DNA of 64,000 nucleotides from Acidovorax sp. (GCF_022763525.1 NZ_JALEGG010000087.1:1691-65690); one strand, 5' to 3'. Shown: positions 49,544-59,710, numbered from the stretch's first letter. Notes: generated by a model not told the origin, from the letters alone. Made by a program: numbers and translations.

Positions 49544-50221
49544 ATGTCGACGATGTTGTCCAACCTGGATCTGCTGCGCCGGGTTCCACTGTTCTCGCTG
49601 CTCACGGTGGCGCAGGCCGAGGTGCTCAGCGGGGCTGTGGTCAAGCGCCGCTTCAAGCGGGGCGAGGTGCTGGTGGAGCAGGGGCAGAAGTCCGATGCGC
49701 TGTACATCCTGCTCACGGGGCGGGCGCGGGTGATGGCCTCCGACAGCCGGGGCCGCGAGGTGATCCTGGCCACGCTCTCGCAGGGCGACTACCTGGGCGA
49801 GATGAGCATCATCGACAACGAGCCGCACTCCGCCACGGTGCGGGCCGAGGTGCAGACCGACGTTCTGACGCTGGGCCGGGCGGAGTTTGCGCGCTGCCTC
49901 ACCGAGAACGCCTCCATGTCGCTGGTGGTGATGCGCGGCCTGGTCAAGCGGCTGCGCCACGCAGACCGCAAGATCGAGTCACTGGCCTTGCTGGACGTGT
50001 ACGGGCGCGTGGCGCACGCGTTGCTGGACTTTGCGGTGCCCGATGCCCAGGGCCAGTTGGTGATCAAGGACAAGATCTCGCGCCAGGACCTGGCCAAGAT
50101 GGTGGGCGCCTCGCGCGAGATGGTCAGCCGTGTGATGAAGGACCTGGAGGAGCGCGGCTTCATCGAAGCGCTGCCCAGTGGCGCCACCTTGCTCAAGGAC
50201 CGTTTGAACGCGTTGGGCTGA
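49544..50221 (+). CDS. Crp/Fnr-family transcriptional regulator (cNMP-binding domain + HTH)
   Basis: Start moved to ATG 49544 (MSTMLSNLDLLRRVPLF...) with GAGAGGAGAGG upstream. C-terminal HTH ...SRQDLAKMVGASREMVSRVMKDLEE.... Confidence 0.85.
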   Translation: MSTMLSNLDLLRRVPLFSLLTVAQAEVLSGAVVKRRFKRGEVLVEQGQKSDALYILLTGRARVMASDSRGREVILATLSQGDYLGEMSIIDNEPHSATVRAEVQTDVLTLGRAEFARCLTENASMSLVVMRGLVKRLRHADRKIESLALLDVYGRVAHALLDFAVPDAQGQLVIKDKISRQDLAKMVGASREMVSRVMKDLEERGFIEALPSGATLLKDRLNALG

Positions 50222-50331
50222 GTTATTCATTCATGGGCGAGCACGTGGCCAGCGCGAGGGGGGAAACGGCGTAGCCGTTCAGGGGACTGTCGCTTCGTCC
50301 AGTGCTTGGGGTAAGCTCGCCCGGCACGCAT

Positions 50332-52671
50332 ATGACCTATTCCCTCAATACCCTGAATGCATCGGCGGCGGCCAAGTCACCGCCCCGCACGGGCGCTGCC
50401 CGTTTTGGCCATGAAATCGGTCTGGTCGTGGGCCTGCTGGCCCTGGTTTTCTGGTTGCTGGCGTTGGTCAGCTACTCCGCGCAGGACGCGGCTTTTTCAA
50501 GTTCCGGCACCCGCGACGCACGCATGGTGGCCAACTGGGCCGGCCGGTTAGGTGCTTGGCTGGCCGATGGCAGCTACTTCGCGCTGGGATTTTCTGTCTG
50601 GTGGTGCGTGGCCGCGGGCGTGCGTGCTTGGCTTTCGTCGCTCGCGCGCTGGATGCGCGGTGGCGAGTCGATCCCGGGTGCGGCCAGCCCGTTGCGGCGC
50701 CGGGCCCTGTTTTGGGGCGGATTGGTGCTGCTGATGTGCGCCAGCACGGCGCTTGAGTGGTCGCGGCTGTACCGCTTCGAATCCCTGCTGCCGGGCGGGC
50801 ACGCCGGCGGCGTGCTGGGCTACGTGGTGGGGCCAGCGAGCGTGAAGTGGCTGGGCCACACGGGTTCGGCTCTGCTGTCCATCGTGGCGGCGGTGCTCGG
50901 GGCGGCGCTGGTGTTCCGCTTCTCGTGGGGCCATGTGGCCGAGGGCCTGGGCGCTCGCATCGACGCGCTCATCCAGTCGCGCCTGGCCAAGCGCGAGGTC
51001 GCCAAGGACGTGGCCGTGGGCCGCAAGGCCGCGCGCGAGCGCGAAGTGGTGGTGCTGGAGGAGCGCACCGAGAGCGAGGTGCACCACCCCGAACCCATCC
51101 AGATCATCGAACCTGTGCTGGTGGACGTGCCGCAAAGCACCCGCGTGGTGAAAGAGCGCCAGAAGCCCCTGTTCACCGAGATGCCTGACAGCAAGCTGCC
51201 GCTGGTGGACCTGCTGGACGGCCCCCAGCAGCGCCAGGAAACCGTGGCGCCCGAGACGCTGGAGATGACCAGCCGCCTCATCGAGAAAAAGCTCAAGGAC
51301 TTTGGCGTGGAAGTGCGCGTGGTGGCCGCCATGCCCGGCCCCGTGATCACGCGCTACGAGATCGAGCCCGCCACGGGCGTCAAGGGCTCGCAGATCGTGG
51401 GCCTGGCCAAGGACCTGGCCCGCTCGCTCAGCCTGGTGTCCATCCGCGTGATCGAGACCATTCCGGGCAAGAACTACATGGCGCTGGAGCTGCCCAACGC
51501 CAAGCGCCAGTCCATCCGTCTGTCCGAGATTCTCGGCTCGCAGGTCTATCACGAAGCCAAGAGCATGCTCACCATGGGCCTGGGCAAGGACATCGTGGGC
51601 AACCCTGTGGTGGCCGACCTCGCCAAGATGCCGCACGTGCTGGTGGCGGGTACCACGGGCTCGGGCAAGTCAGTGGGGATCAACGCGATGATCCTCTCGC
51701 TGCTGTACAAGGCCGAGGCGCGCGATGTGCGCCTTTTGATGATCGACCCCAAGATGCTGGAAATGTCGGTCTACGAGGGCATTCCGCACCTGCTGGCGCC
51801 TGTGGTGACCGACATGAAGCAGGCGGCCCACGGCCTGAACTGGTGCGTGGCCGAGATGGAGCGGCGCTACAAGCTCATGTCCAAACTGGGCGTGCGCAAC
51901 CTGGCGGGCTACAACGCCAAGATCGATGAAGCCAAGGCGCGCGAGGAGTTCATTTACAACCCCTTCAGCCTCACGCCCGAGGAGCCCGAGCCGCTGCAGC
52001 GCCTGCCGCACATCGTGGTCATCATCGACGAGCTGGCCGACCTGATGATGGTGGTGGGCAAGAAGATCGAGGAGCTCATCGCCCGCCTGGCGCAGAAGGC
52101 GCGTGCGGCGGGCATTCACCTGATCCTGGCCACCCAGCGCCCCAGCGTGGACGTGATCACCGGCCTGATCAAGGCCAACATCCCCACCCGCATCGCGTTC
52201 TCGGTGGGCTCCAAGATCGACAGCCGCACCATCCTCGACCAGATGGGCGCCGAAGCGCTGCTGGGCATGGGCGACATGCTCTACATGGCCAGCGGCACGG
52301 GTCTGCCGATCCGCGTGCATGGCGCTTTCGTGTCGGACGAGGAAGTACACCGTGTCGTCAACTACCTCAAGGAACAAGGGGAGCCGGACTACATCGAGGG
52401 GGTGCTCGAAGGCGGAACTGTGGATGGAGATGGCGATCTGACCGGGGACGGCGGCAGTGGCGAAGGCGGTGAGAAAGACCCCATGTACGACCAGGCTGTC
52501 GAGGTGGTGCTCAAGGACCGCAAGGCGAGCATCTCGTATGTGCAGCGCAAGCTGCGCATTGGCTACAACCGCTCGGCCCGCCTGCTGGAAGACATGGAAA
52601 AAGCCGGTCTGGTCAGCGGCCTGACGGCCAGCGGCCAGCGTGAAGTGCTGGTGCCCAACCGCAACGAATGA
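50332..52671 (+). CDS. ftsK: DNA translocase FtsK
   Basis: N-terminal TM helices, Walker A GTTGSGKS and a C-terminal gamma wHTH ...[23 protein letters not shown].... ATG 50332 is preferred over the track GTG 50302. Confidence 0.93.
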   Translation: MTYSLNTLNASAAAKSPPRTGAARFGHEIGLVVGLLALVFWLLALVSYSAQDAAFSSSGTRDARMVANWAGRLGAWLADGSYFALGFSVWWCVAAGVRAWLSSLARWMRGGESIPGAASPLRRRALFWGGLVLLMCASTALEWSRLYRFESLLPGGHAGGVLGYVVGPASVKWLGHTGSALLSIVAAVLGAALVFRFSWGHVAEGLGARIDALIQSRLAKREVAKDVAVGRKAAREREVVVLEERTESEVHHPEPIQIIEPVLVDVPQSTRVVKERQKPLFTEMPDSKLPLVDLLDGPQQRQETVAPETLEMTSRLIEKKLKDFGVEVRVVAAMPGPVITRYEIEPATGVKGSQIVGLAKDLARSLSLVSIRVIETIPGKNYMALELPNAKRQSIRLSEILGSQVYHEAKSMLTMGLGKDIVGNPVVADLAKMPHVLVAGTTGSGKSVGINAMILSLLYKAEARDVRLLMIDPKMLEMSVYEGIPHLLAPVVTDMKQAAHGLNWCVAEMERRYKLMSKLGVRNLAGYNAKIDEAKAREEFIYNPFSLTPEEPEPLQRLPHIVVIIDELADLMMVVGKKIEELIARLAQKARAAGIHLILATQRPSVDVITGLIKANIPTRIAFSVGSKIDSRTILDQMGAEALLGMGDMLYMASGTGLPIRVHGAFVSDEEVHRVVNYLKEQGEPDYIEGVLEGGTVDGDGDLTGDGGSGEGGEKDPMYDQAVEVVLKDRKASISYVQRKLRIGYNRSARLLEDMEKAGLVSGLTASGQREVLVPNRNE

Positions 52672-52733
52672 CGGGCCGGCTGGCTGGCCACGACAAGCCG
52701 GCCGGGCCCGCATCCCCAGATCAGGAGTTTCTG

Positions 52734-53366
52734 TTGAAAAAGATCGCCACTGCAATTTTGATAGCTGCTGCCGCAAGCGTAGCAAGCGCTGACGGCCTTA
52801 AAAGCCTGGAGTCCTTCATGAAGGGCACACAGACCGGCAAGGCGGATTTCACGCAGACGGTGACCTCGCCGCCGAAGGATGGGCAGGCCGCGCGCACCAA
52901 GACATCCAGCGGCAGCTTCGAGTTCCAGCGACCCAACCGCTTCAAGTTCGCCTACAGGAAGCCGTTCGAGCAGATCATCGTGGCCGACGGGCAAACGCTG
53001 TGGCTGTACGACGTGGATCTGAACCAGGTCACGCAGCGCTCGCAGTCGCAAGCCCTGGGCACCACACCCGCTGCATTGCTCGCGTCGGCCCCCGACCTGT
53101 CGGCGCTCAAGGCCGAGTTCGCGCTGGAAAACGCCCCCGACCAGGACGGTCTGCAGTGGGTGCAGGCCACGCCCAAAACCAAGGATGGTCAGCTCAAGAG
53201 CGTGCGCGTGGGCTTTGCGGGTGAGCAGCTCGCGGCCCTGGACATCCTGGACAGCTTTGGCCAGCGCTCGCTGATTCGCTTTACCGGCATGCAGGCCAAT
53301 GCGACGCTGCCTGCAGGCAGCTTCCAGTTCAAGCCGCCAGCCGGGGCGGATGTGGTGAAGCAGTAG
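52734..53366 (+). CDS. lolA: Outer-membrane lipoprotein carrier protein LolA
   Basis: TTG start at 52734 with AGGAG 6 nt upstream gives the signal peptide (M)KKIATAILIAAAASVASA|DG. The mature part is LolA-like (...FTQTVTS...LWLYDVDLNQVTQR...). An alternative ATG at 52668 overlaps the ftsK stop. Confidence 0.85.
   Translation: MKKIATAILIAAAASVASADGLKSLESFMKGTQTGKADFTQTVTSPPKDGQAARTKTSSGSFEFQRPNRFKFAYRKPFEQIIVADGQTLWLYDVDLNQVTQRSQSQALGTTPAALLASAPDLSALKAEFALENAPDQDGLQWVQATPKTKDGQLKSVRVGFAGEQLAALDILDSFGQRSLIRFTGMQANATLPAGSFQFKPPAGADVVKQ
52750..52805 (+). repeat. SAR repeat copy encoding the LolA signal peptide (sense orientation)
   Basis: cTGCAattttGATAGCTGctgccGCaagcgtagcAAGCGCTgaCGGCCttaaaagc. 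Translated as AILIAAAASVASADGLKS. Confidence 0.65.
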
Positions 53367-53369
53367 CGT

Positions 53370-53427
53370 TTTGCTTCAAAAAACATAACTGTCAGCGCTT
53401 GCTGGCTGGGCGATTGAGGCATTTTTC
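53370..53427 (+). repeat. SAR repeat, intergenic copy between lolA and rarA
   Basis: tTTGCTTcaaaaaacATAACTGtcaGCGCTTgctggctgggcgatTGAGGCatttttc. Confidence 0.6.
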
Positions 53428-53463
53428 GCTTGAAAGCCTGACGTAGACAGGATCCACTCCAAC

Positions 53464-54813
53464 ATGGCAACACGCAGTGCCTCCACCCCCGCGGCGATGC
53501 ATGCCCCCGCCCACCAGCCCCTGGCGGAGCGCCTGCGGCCCCGCACGCTCGGCGAGGTGATCGGCCAGCAGCATGTGCTGGGCCCGGGCATGCCGCTGCG
53601 GCTGGCCTTTGAATCGGGCCGCCCGCACAGCTGCATCCTGTGGGGCCCGCCGGGCGTGGGCAAGACGACCATCGCGCGGCTGATGGCCGATGCGTTCGAC
53701 GCACAGTTCATCAGCATCAGCGCCGTGCTGGGCGGGGTCAAGGACATCCGCGAGGCGGTCGAACGTGCCGAGGCGGCGCGCGACGGGCTGATGCAGCAGC
53801 GCACGATCGTCTTCGTGGATGAAGTGCACCGCTTCAACAAGAGCCAGCAAGATGCCTTCTTGCCGCATGTGGAGAGCGGGCTGTTTACCTTCATTGGGGC
53901 AACCACCGAAAACCCGTCGTTCGAGGTGAACTCGGCGCTGCTGTCACGCGCTGCCGTGTACGTGCTGCAGCCGCTGTCCGAACAGGATCTGAAGCAAATA
54001 GTGGCTCTGGCGCAGGCAGAGAAAGCGCTGCCAGCTATCGAAGATGTAGCAATCGATCGCTTGGTGGCCTATGCCGATGGCGATGCCCGCAGATTGCTCA
54101 ACACACTCGAAACCCTGGCCATGGCGGCCACGCAGGAGAAGCTGACCGAGATCACCGACACCTGGCTCCTCAAGGTGCTGGGCGAGCGCATGCGCCGCTA
54201 CGACAAGGGCGGCGAGCAGTTCTACGACACCATCAGCGCGCTGCACAAGTCGGTGCGCGGCTCCGACCCCGATGCTGCGCTGTATTGGCTGGTGCGCATG
54301 CTCGACGGAGGTGCCGACCCGCGCTACATGGCCCGCCGTTTGGTGCGCATGGCCAGCGAAGACATTGGCCTGGCAGACCCGCGCGCGCTGCGCCTGGCGC
54401 TGGACGCCAGCGAGGTGTACGAACGACTGGGCAGTCCTGAAGGGGAACTGGCCTTGGCTGAATGCGTGGTGTATCTGGCCGTGGCACCCAAGTCCAACGC
54501 CGTCTACAAAGCCTACAACGCGGCCCGTGCCTGGGTGAAGCAGGACGGCACCCGCCCGGTGCCGATGCACCTTCGCAATGCACCAACGCAGCTCATGAAA
54601 CAGCTCGACTACGGCAAAGGCTACCGTTACGCGCACGACGAAGAGGGAGGCTTTGCGGCGGGCGAAAACTACCTGCCGGAGGGGATGCCGGAGCCCGGTT
54701 TCTACGTGCCAGTGGAGCGCGGACTCGAAATCAAGATCGCACACAAATTGCGTGAGTTGCGTGCTCGCAATGCTTCCGCGGATTCCGCGGGCATTGCCAG
54801 CGAAGAGTCTTGA
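53464..54813 (+). CDS. rarA: Replication-associated recombination protein A (MgsA/RarA AAA+ ATPase)
   Basis: Walker A GPPGVGKTT, DEVHRFNK, and the C-terminal MgsA domain ...YDKGGEQFYDTISALHKSVRGSD.... Confidence 0.93.
   Translation: MATRSASTPAAMHAPAHQPLAERLRPRTLGEVIGQQHVLGPGMPLRLAFESGRPHSCILWGPPGVGKTTIARLMADAFDAQFISISAVLGGVKDIREAVERAEAARDGLMQQRTIVFVDEVHRFNKSQQDAFLPHVESGLFTFIGATTENPSFEVNSALLSRAAVYVLQPLSEQDLKQIVALAQAEKALPAIEDVAIDRLVAYADGDARRLLNTLETLAMAATQEKLTEITDTWLLKVLGERMRRYDKGGEQFYDTISALHKSVRGSDPDAALYWLVRMLDGGADPRYMARRLVRMASEDIGLADPRALRLALDASEVYERLGSPEGELALAECVVYLAVAPKSNAVYKAYNAARAWVKQDGTRPVPMHLRNAPTQLMKQLDYGKGYRYAHDEEGGFAAGENYLPEGMPEPGFYVPVERGLEIKIAHKLRELRARNASADSAGIASEES
53994..54054 (-). 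repeat. SAR repeat copy inside rarA (antisense orientation)
   Basis: The reverse complement reads gaTTGCTAcatcttcGATAGCTGgcaGCGCTTtctctgcctGCGCcAGAGCCactatttgc. Translated in rarA as QIVALAQAEKALPAIEDVAI. Confidence 0.65.
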
Positions 54814-54907
54814 GAAGGCGGCAGCAAGCCCACCGGGCCCCGCTGATCCCGCCAAAACGCACCCGCTCGTCGTTACGAGTGCTCGCCACAGCCCGCGCTA
54901 TGGCGGC

Positions 54908-55026
54908 GGCTAGAGCGGGAACTAAAACTCTTCCGGCGTCGTTGCTACGTCTTGTTGTACGCCCAGTCCTGCCTGCGATGCAGCGCCTGGCCCGAACCGT
55001 TTCGCTGAGTTTTGTCAGCGGCTGTT
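54908..55026. repeat. GC-rich long palindromic element (LPE), copy 3
   Basis: ggctagagcgggaactaaaactc...ggcgtcgttgctacgtcttgttgtac...cctgcctgcgatgcagcgcc...gagttttgtcagcggctg. Lies about 95 nt downstream of the rarA stop. Confidence 0.65.
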
Positions 55027-55280
55027 AGCGTTTAGGCCCGGCGCATTATGTCGGCCTGCTCGACCCCGCCAGCGCCATTCACAGCTTCTGAATCCACGAG
55101 TGCGCTGCCCGTTATGCTGATTTGGCATAAAGGTGGTAATAAGTTAGCACATCAATTTTCCTGCTCGCATCATTCCAACTTATGGATTGCGTTCTGCGCT
55201 GATGTGGCGCAAACCCGAGGGAAAACCCCGCCCGGCGCCGCAAGGGCTGCGAGGGACTACTGGCTACAATCCCGTCCACA

Positions 55281-55313
55281 AACCCGCACAGCTGCACTTC
55301 TGGCGGGTTTTTT
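55281..55313 (+). terminator. Terminator-like hairpin in the long livH leader (attenuator or end of a small transcript?)
   Basis: aacccgc(a)cag-ctgcactt-ctggcgggtt followed by tttt. Lies about 80 nt upstream of the livH ATG. Confidence 0.35.
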
Positions 55314-55394
55314 GCTAGGTGGCAGTCGGGCCCACAAGGCTGTGCCGATTCCGGTGCCGAGCGGTGGGTACGTTACAAACGAAGGACTTCTCTT

Positions 55395-56324
55395 ATGGAC
55401 ATTTTGCTGCAACAGATCATCAACGGTCTGGTTCTCGGCAGCATGTACGCCTTGATAGCCTTGGGCTATACGATGGTGTACGGCATTATTCAGCTGATCA
55501 ATTTTGCCCACGGCGAGGTGCTCATGATCGGGGCACTGACCAGTTGGAGCTGTATCGGAATCATGCAGGCTGCCATGCCCGGCGCCCCAGGCTGGCTCAT
55601 CCTGCTGCTGGCCACGCTCATTGCCTGCGTGGTCGCCGCAACCCTCAATTTCGTGATCGAAAAGGTGGCCTACCGGCCCCTGCGCAACAGCCCCCGTCTC
55701 GCTCCCCTGATCACCGCCATCGGCATGTCCATCCTGCTGCAGACGCTGGCCATGATCATCTGGAAGCCCAACTACAAGCCCTATCCCACGATGCTGCCCA
55801 GCACGCCTTTTGAGGTGGGCGGCGCCTACATCACCCCCACGCAGATCCTCATCCTGGGCGTGACTGCCATTGCCCTGGCATCGCTGGTGTACCTGGTCAA
55901 CCACACCAACCTGGGCCGCGCCATGCGTGCCACGGCAGAGAACCCCCGCGTGGCCTCCCTGATGGGCGTCAAGCCCGACATGGTGATCTCGGCCACCTTC
56001 ATCATCGGCGCCGTCTTGGCGGCCATTGCCGGCATGATGTACGCCTCCAACTACGGCACGGCGCAGCACACCATGGGCTTCCTGCCTGGCCTCAAGGCGT
56101 TCACGGCGGCCGTGTTCGGCGGCATCGGCAACCTGGCCGGCGCGGTGGTGGGCGGCATCCTGCTGGGCCTCATCGAAGCCATCGGCTCGGGCTACATCGG
56201 CACGCTCACTGGCGGCCTGCTGGGTAGCCACTACACCGACATCTTTGCGTTCATCGTGCTCATCATCATCCTGACGCTGCGCCCCTCGGGCCTGCTGGGT
56301 GAGCGTGTGGCCGATCGCGCCTGA
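55395..56324 (+). CDS. livH: Branched-chain amino acid ABC transporter permease
   Basis: MDILLQQIINGLVLGSMYALIALGYTMVYG... Confidence 0.9.
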   Translation: MDILLQQIINGLVLGSMYALIALGYTMVYGIIQLINFAHGEVLMIGALTSWSCIGIMQAAMPGAPGWLILLLATLIACVVAATLNFVIEKVAYRPLRNSPRLAPLITAIGMSILLQTLAMIIWKPNYKPYPTMLPSTPFEVGGAYITPTQILILGVTAIALASLVYLVNHTNLGRAMRATAENPRVASLMGVKPDMVISATFIIGAVLAAIAGMMYASNYGTAQHTMGFLPGLKAFTAAVFGGIGNLAGAVVGGILLGLIEAIGSGYIGTLTGGLLGSHYTDIFAFIVLIIILTLRPSGLLGERVADRA

Positions 56325-56337
56325 GGAGCCTCACACC

Positions 56338-57414
56338 ATGAAGAACACCAAAACCAACTGGATCATCGGCGCCGTCGCGCTGCTGGTGCTGCCGCTGATC
56401 CTGCAATCCTTCGGCAACGCCTGGGTGCGCATTGCCGACCTAGCACTGCTGTACGTGCTGCTGGCCCTGGGCCTGAACATCGTGGTGGGCTACGCCGGCC
56501 TGCTGGACCTGGGCTACGTGGCGTTCTACGCCGTGGGCGCCTACCTGTTTGCCTTGATGGCTTCGCCGCACCTGGCGGACAACTTTGCGGCGTTTGCCGC
56601 CATGTTCCCCAACGGGCTGCATACCTCCCTATGGCTCGTGATACCGGTGGCGGCGCTGCTGGCGGCGTTCTGCGGAGCCCTGCTCGGGGCGCCCACGCTC
56701 AAGCTGCGCGGGGACTACCTGGCCATCGTCACGCTGGGCTTCGGCGAGATCATCCGCATCTTCCTGAACAACCTGGATCACCCCGTCAACCTGACCAACG
56801 GCCCCAAGGGCCTGGGCCAGATCGATTCGGTCAAGATCTTTGGCCTGGATCTGGGCAAGCGCCTGGAACTGTTCGGATTCGACATCAACTCCGTCACGCT
56901 GTATTACTACCTGTTCCTGATTCTGGTGGTGCTGTCGATCATCATCTGCTACCGCCTGCAGGATTCGCGCATCGGCCGCGCCTGGATGGCCATTCGTGAA
57001 GACGAAATCGCGGCCAAGGCCATGGGCATCAACACCCGCAACATGAAGCTGCTGGCCTTCGGCATGGGCGCTTCGTTTGGTGGCGTGTCGGGTGCGATGT
57101 TCGGCGCGTTCCAGGGCTTCGTGTCGCCCGAGTCCTTCAGCCTGATGGAGTCGGTCATGATCGTCGCCATGGTGGTGTTGGGCGGTATCGGCCACATCCC
57201 TGGCGTGATCCTGGGTGCCGTGCTGCTGTCGGCTTTGCCCGAAGTGCTGCGCTACGTGGCCGGCCCGCTGCAGGCCATGACCGATGGCCGCCTGGACTCC
57301 GCCATCCTGCGCCAGTTGCTGATCGCGCTGGCCATGATCATCATCATGCTGATCCGCCCCCGCGGCCTGTGGCCGTCGCCCGAGCACGGCAAGAGCCTGA
57401 CGCAGAAGACCTGA
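56338..57414 (+). CDS. livM: Branched-chain amino acid ABC transporter permease
   Basis: Start moved to ATG 56338 (MKNTKTNWIIGAV...) with GAGGAG upstream. LivM-type permease. Confidence 0.9.
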   Translation: MKNTKTNWIIGAVALLVLPLILQSFGNAWVRIADLALLYVLLALGLNIVVGYAGLLDLGYVAFYAVGAYLFALMASPHLADNFAAFAAMFPNGLHTSLWLVIPVAALLAAFCGALLGAPTLKLRGDYLAIVTLGFGEIIRIFLNNLDHPVNLTNGPKGLGQIDSVKIFGLDLGKRLELFGFDINSVTLYYYLFLILVVLSIIICYRLQDSRIGRAWMAIREDEIAAKAMGINTRNMKLLAFGMGASFGGVSGAMFGAFQGFVSPESFSLMESVMIVAMVVLGGIGHIPGVILGAVLLSALPEVLRYVAGPLQAMTDGRLDSAILRQLLIALAMIIIMLIRPRGLWPSPEHGKSLTQKT

Positions 57415-57439
57415 AGCAGAACACCACTGAAAGTTAGCA

Positions 57440-58222
57440 ATGACAGAGAAATCCAATGAAGTGGTGCTGAAGGTCGCCGGTATCTCCAAGCGCTTTGGCG
57501 GCCTGCAGGCCCTGTCCGATGTGGGCATCACCATCCAGCGCGGTCAGGTCTATGGCCTGATCGGCCCCAACGGTGCGGGCAAGACCACGTTCTTCAACGT
57601 GATCACCGGCCTGTACACACCTGATGCGGGCACGTTTGAGCTGGCAGGCAAGCCCTACGAGCCCACGGCCGTGCACGAAGTGGCCAAGGCCGGTATCGCG
57701 CGCACGTTCCAGAACATCCGCCTGTTCGCTGAAATGACGGCGCTGGAGAACGTGATGGTGGGCCGCCACATCCGGACCAAGTCCGGCCTGGTAGGCGCGG
57801 TCTTCCGCACCAAGGGCTTCAAGGAAGAAGAGGCTGCCATCGCCAAGCGTGCCCAGGAACTGCTCGACTACGTAGGCATCGGCAGGTTTGCAGACTACAA
57901 GGCGCGCACGCTGAGCTACGGCGACCAGCGCCGCCTGGAGATTGCCCGCGCGCTGGCCACGGATCCTCAGCTGATCGCGTTGGACGAGCCCGCTGCCGGT
58001 ATGAATGCCACCGAGAAGGTGCAGTTGCGCGAGCTGATCGACCAGATCCGAAAGGACAACCGCACCATCTTGTTGATCGAACACGATGTGAAGCTGGTGA
58101 TGGGCCTGTGCGACCGCGTGACGGTGCTCGACTACGGCAAACAGATCGCCGAAGGCAACCCTGCCGAGGTGCAGAAGAACGAAAAAGTGATCGAGGCCTA
58201 CCTGGGCACCGGCGGGCACTGA
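57440..58222 (+). CDS. livG: Branched-chain amino acid ABC transporter ATP-binding protein
   Basis: Walker A GPNGAGKTT and the signature LSYGDQRRLE. Confidence 0.9.
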   Translation: MTEKSNEVVLKVAGISKRFGGLQALSDVGITIQRGQVYGLIGPNGAGKTTFFNVITGLYTPDAGTFELAGKPYEPTAVHEVAKAGIARTFQNIRLFAEMTALENVMVGRHIRTKSGLVGAVFRTKGFKEEEAAIAKRAQELLDYVGIGRFADYKARTLSYGDQRRLEIARALATDPQLIALDEPAAGMNATEKVQLRELIDQIRKDNRTILLIEHDVKLVMGLCDRVTVLDYGKQIAEGNPAEVQKNEKVIEAYLGTGGH

Positions 58223-58234
58223 AGGACAGAACAA

Positions 58235-58963
58235 ATGGCCGAAAAATCCAACAAAGTTTTATTGCAGGTCAAGGGCCTGAAGGTGGCCTACGGCGGCATC
58301 CAGGCCGTCAAGGGCGTGGACTTCGAAGTGCGCGAGGGCGAACTGGTCTCGCTGATTGGCTCCAACGGTGCTGGCAAGACCACCACCATGAAGGCCATCA
58401 CCGGCACGCTGGGCATGAACGATGGCGACATCGAGTACCTGGGCCAGAGCATCAAGGGCAAGGGTGCCTGGGACCTGGTCAAGGAAGGCCTCGTGATGGT
58501 GCCGGAAGGCCGCGGCGTGTTCGCACGCATGACCATCACCGAAAACCTGCAGATGGGTGCCTACATCCGCAAGGACAAGGCGGGCATCCTCGCCGACATC
58601 GAGAAGATGTTCACCATCTTCCCCCGCCTGCGCGAACGCAAGGACCAGCTGGCCGGCACCATGTCCGGCGGCGAGCAGCAGATGCTGGCCATGGGCCGCG
58701 CGCTGATGAGCCAGCCCAAGGTGCTGCTGCTGGACGAGCCTTCCATGGGCCTGTCGCCCATCATGGTCGACAAGATCTTCGAGGTGGTGCGCGACGTGTA
58801 CGCCCTGGGCGTGACCATCGTGCTGGTGGAGCAGAACGCGAGCCGCGCGCTCGCGATTGCCGACCGCGGCTATGTGATGGAATCGGGCTTGATCACCATG
58901 ACGGGCCCCGGCCAGGACCTGCTGAACGATCCCAAGGTGCGTGCGGCGTACCTGGGCGAGTAA
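58235..58963 (+). CDS. livF: Branched-chain amino acid ABC transporter ATP-binding protein
   Basis: Walker A GSNGAGKTT and the signature MSGGEQQML. Confidence 0.9.
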   Translation: MAEKSNKVLLQVKGLKVAYGGIQAVKGVDFEVREGELVSLIGSNGAGKTTTMKAITGTLGMNDGDIEYLGQSIKGKGAWDLVKEGLVMVPEGRGVFARMTITENLQMGAYIRKDKAGILADIEKMFTIFPRLRERKDQLAGTMSGGEQQMLAMGRALMSQPKVLLLDEPSMGLSPIMVDKIFEVVRDVYALGVTIVLVEQNASRALAIADRGYVMESGLITMTGPGQDLLNDPKVRAAYLGE

Positions 58964-58994
58964 GTCCAGCGGCGGCTGGCCTGACAAGCAGACG

Positions 58995-59030
58995 AAAAGG
59001 GGCGCAGGTCACGGACCGCGCCCCTTTTTT
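58995..59030. terminator. Bidirectional rho-independent terminator
   Basis: aaaaggggcgc-loop-gcgcccctttttt, lying between livF and the convergent OMP gene. Confidence 0.8.
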
Positions 59031-59077
59031 CGTGGTGACTGCCGCTATGGTTGGCAGGGGGCCGTGCCGCGCTGCTG

Positions 59078-59710
59078 TCAGAACCGGTATTGCAATCCCA
59101 CCGTGGTCATCTTCACCGCATTGTCCCCGTCGGAGAACTTGAACTTGTGGCTTTCCCACTCGACCACGGCGGCCCATTGCGGTGTGAACGCCCAGCGCGC
59201 GCCCAAGCCGTACGACAGTCCGAAGCCGTCTTCCTTGCCTGTTCGCACGCCCAGGCCGCTGGCGCCCGAGGTGCGGGTGCGGCCGTAGGTCGTGCCGACC
59301 TTGCCGAACAGGTCGAATTGCTCGCTCAGAGGCGCGCGGCCCACGAGGCTCAGGTTGAAGCCGTGCGCCTCGGTATCACCGCCCAGGCGGTGGGCCTTGC
59401 CTGCGTTGAGGTAGCCGAGTTCCACGCCCACGTTGGGGTGGAAGAACCCGCCGGTGTACACCTTGAAGGCGCTGTCCGAATCGTCAAAGGGCGCGCCGCC
59501 CGCGCCGCTACGGATGTCGTACTTCGAGTTGCCGGCGCTGATGCCCAGGTAGCCATTCTGCGTATATGGCAGCACGGACATGCGGTCACTGCGGGTGGAC
59601 GCCGAAGAAGAGGGCGCTGGCGCGGAAGACGTGGAAACCTGGGCTTGCGCACCCATGGAGATGCAGGCGACGGCCAAAGCCACGGGCACAAGGCGGTGAT
59701 GGAATGTCAT
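59078..59710 (-). CDS. Outer-membrane beta-barrel protein (OmpA-like TM / OmpW-like porin family)
   Basis: Start moved to ATG 59710 (MTFHHRLVPVALAVACISMGAQA signal peptide). Alternating beta-strand pattern and a C-terminal ...VGLQYRF. Confidence 0.75.
   Translation of the reverse strand: MTFHHRLVPVALAVACISMGAQAQVSTSSAPAPSSSASTRSDRMSVLPYTQNGYLGISAGNSKYDIRSGAGGAPFDDSDSAFKVYTGGFFHPNVGVELGYLNAGKAHRLGGDTEAHGFNLSLVGRAPLSEQFDLFGKVGTTYGRTRTSGASGLGVRTGKEDGFGLSYGLGARWAFTPQWAAVVEWESHKFKFSDGDNAVKMTTVGLQYRF

Noticed and set aside
52668-52733. ATG at 52668 (ATGA overlap with the ftsK stop) as the lolA start
   Set aside because: It would add a 22-aa hydrophilic extension before the signal peptide. The TTG at 52734 has AGGAG at ideal spacing and gives a canonical signal peptide. 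I kept it as an alternative only.
55122-55142. Sigma-54-like promoter TGGCAT-N5-TGGTA in the liv leader
   Set aside because: The -12 element lacks the conserved GC (TTGC), and no enhancer-binding protein gene is nearby.
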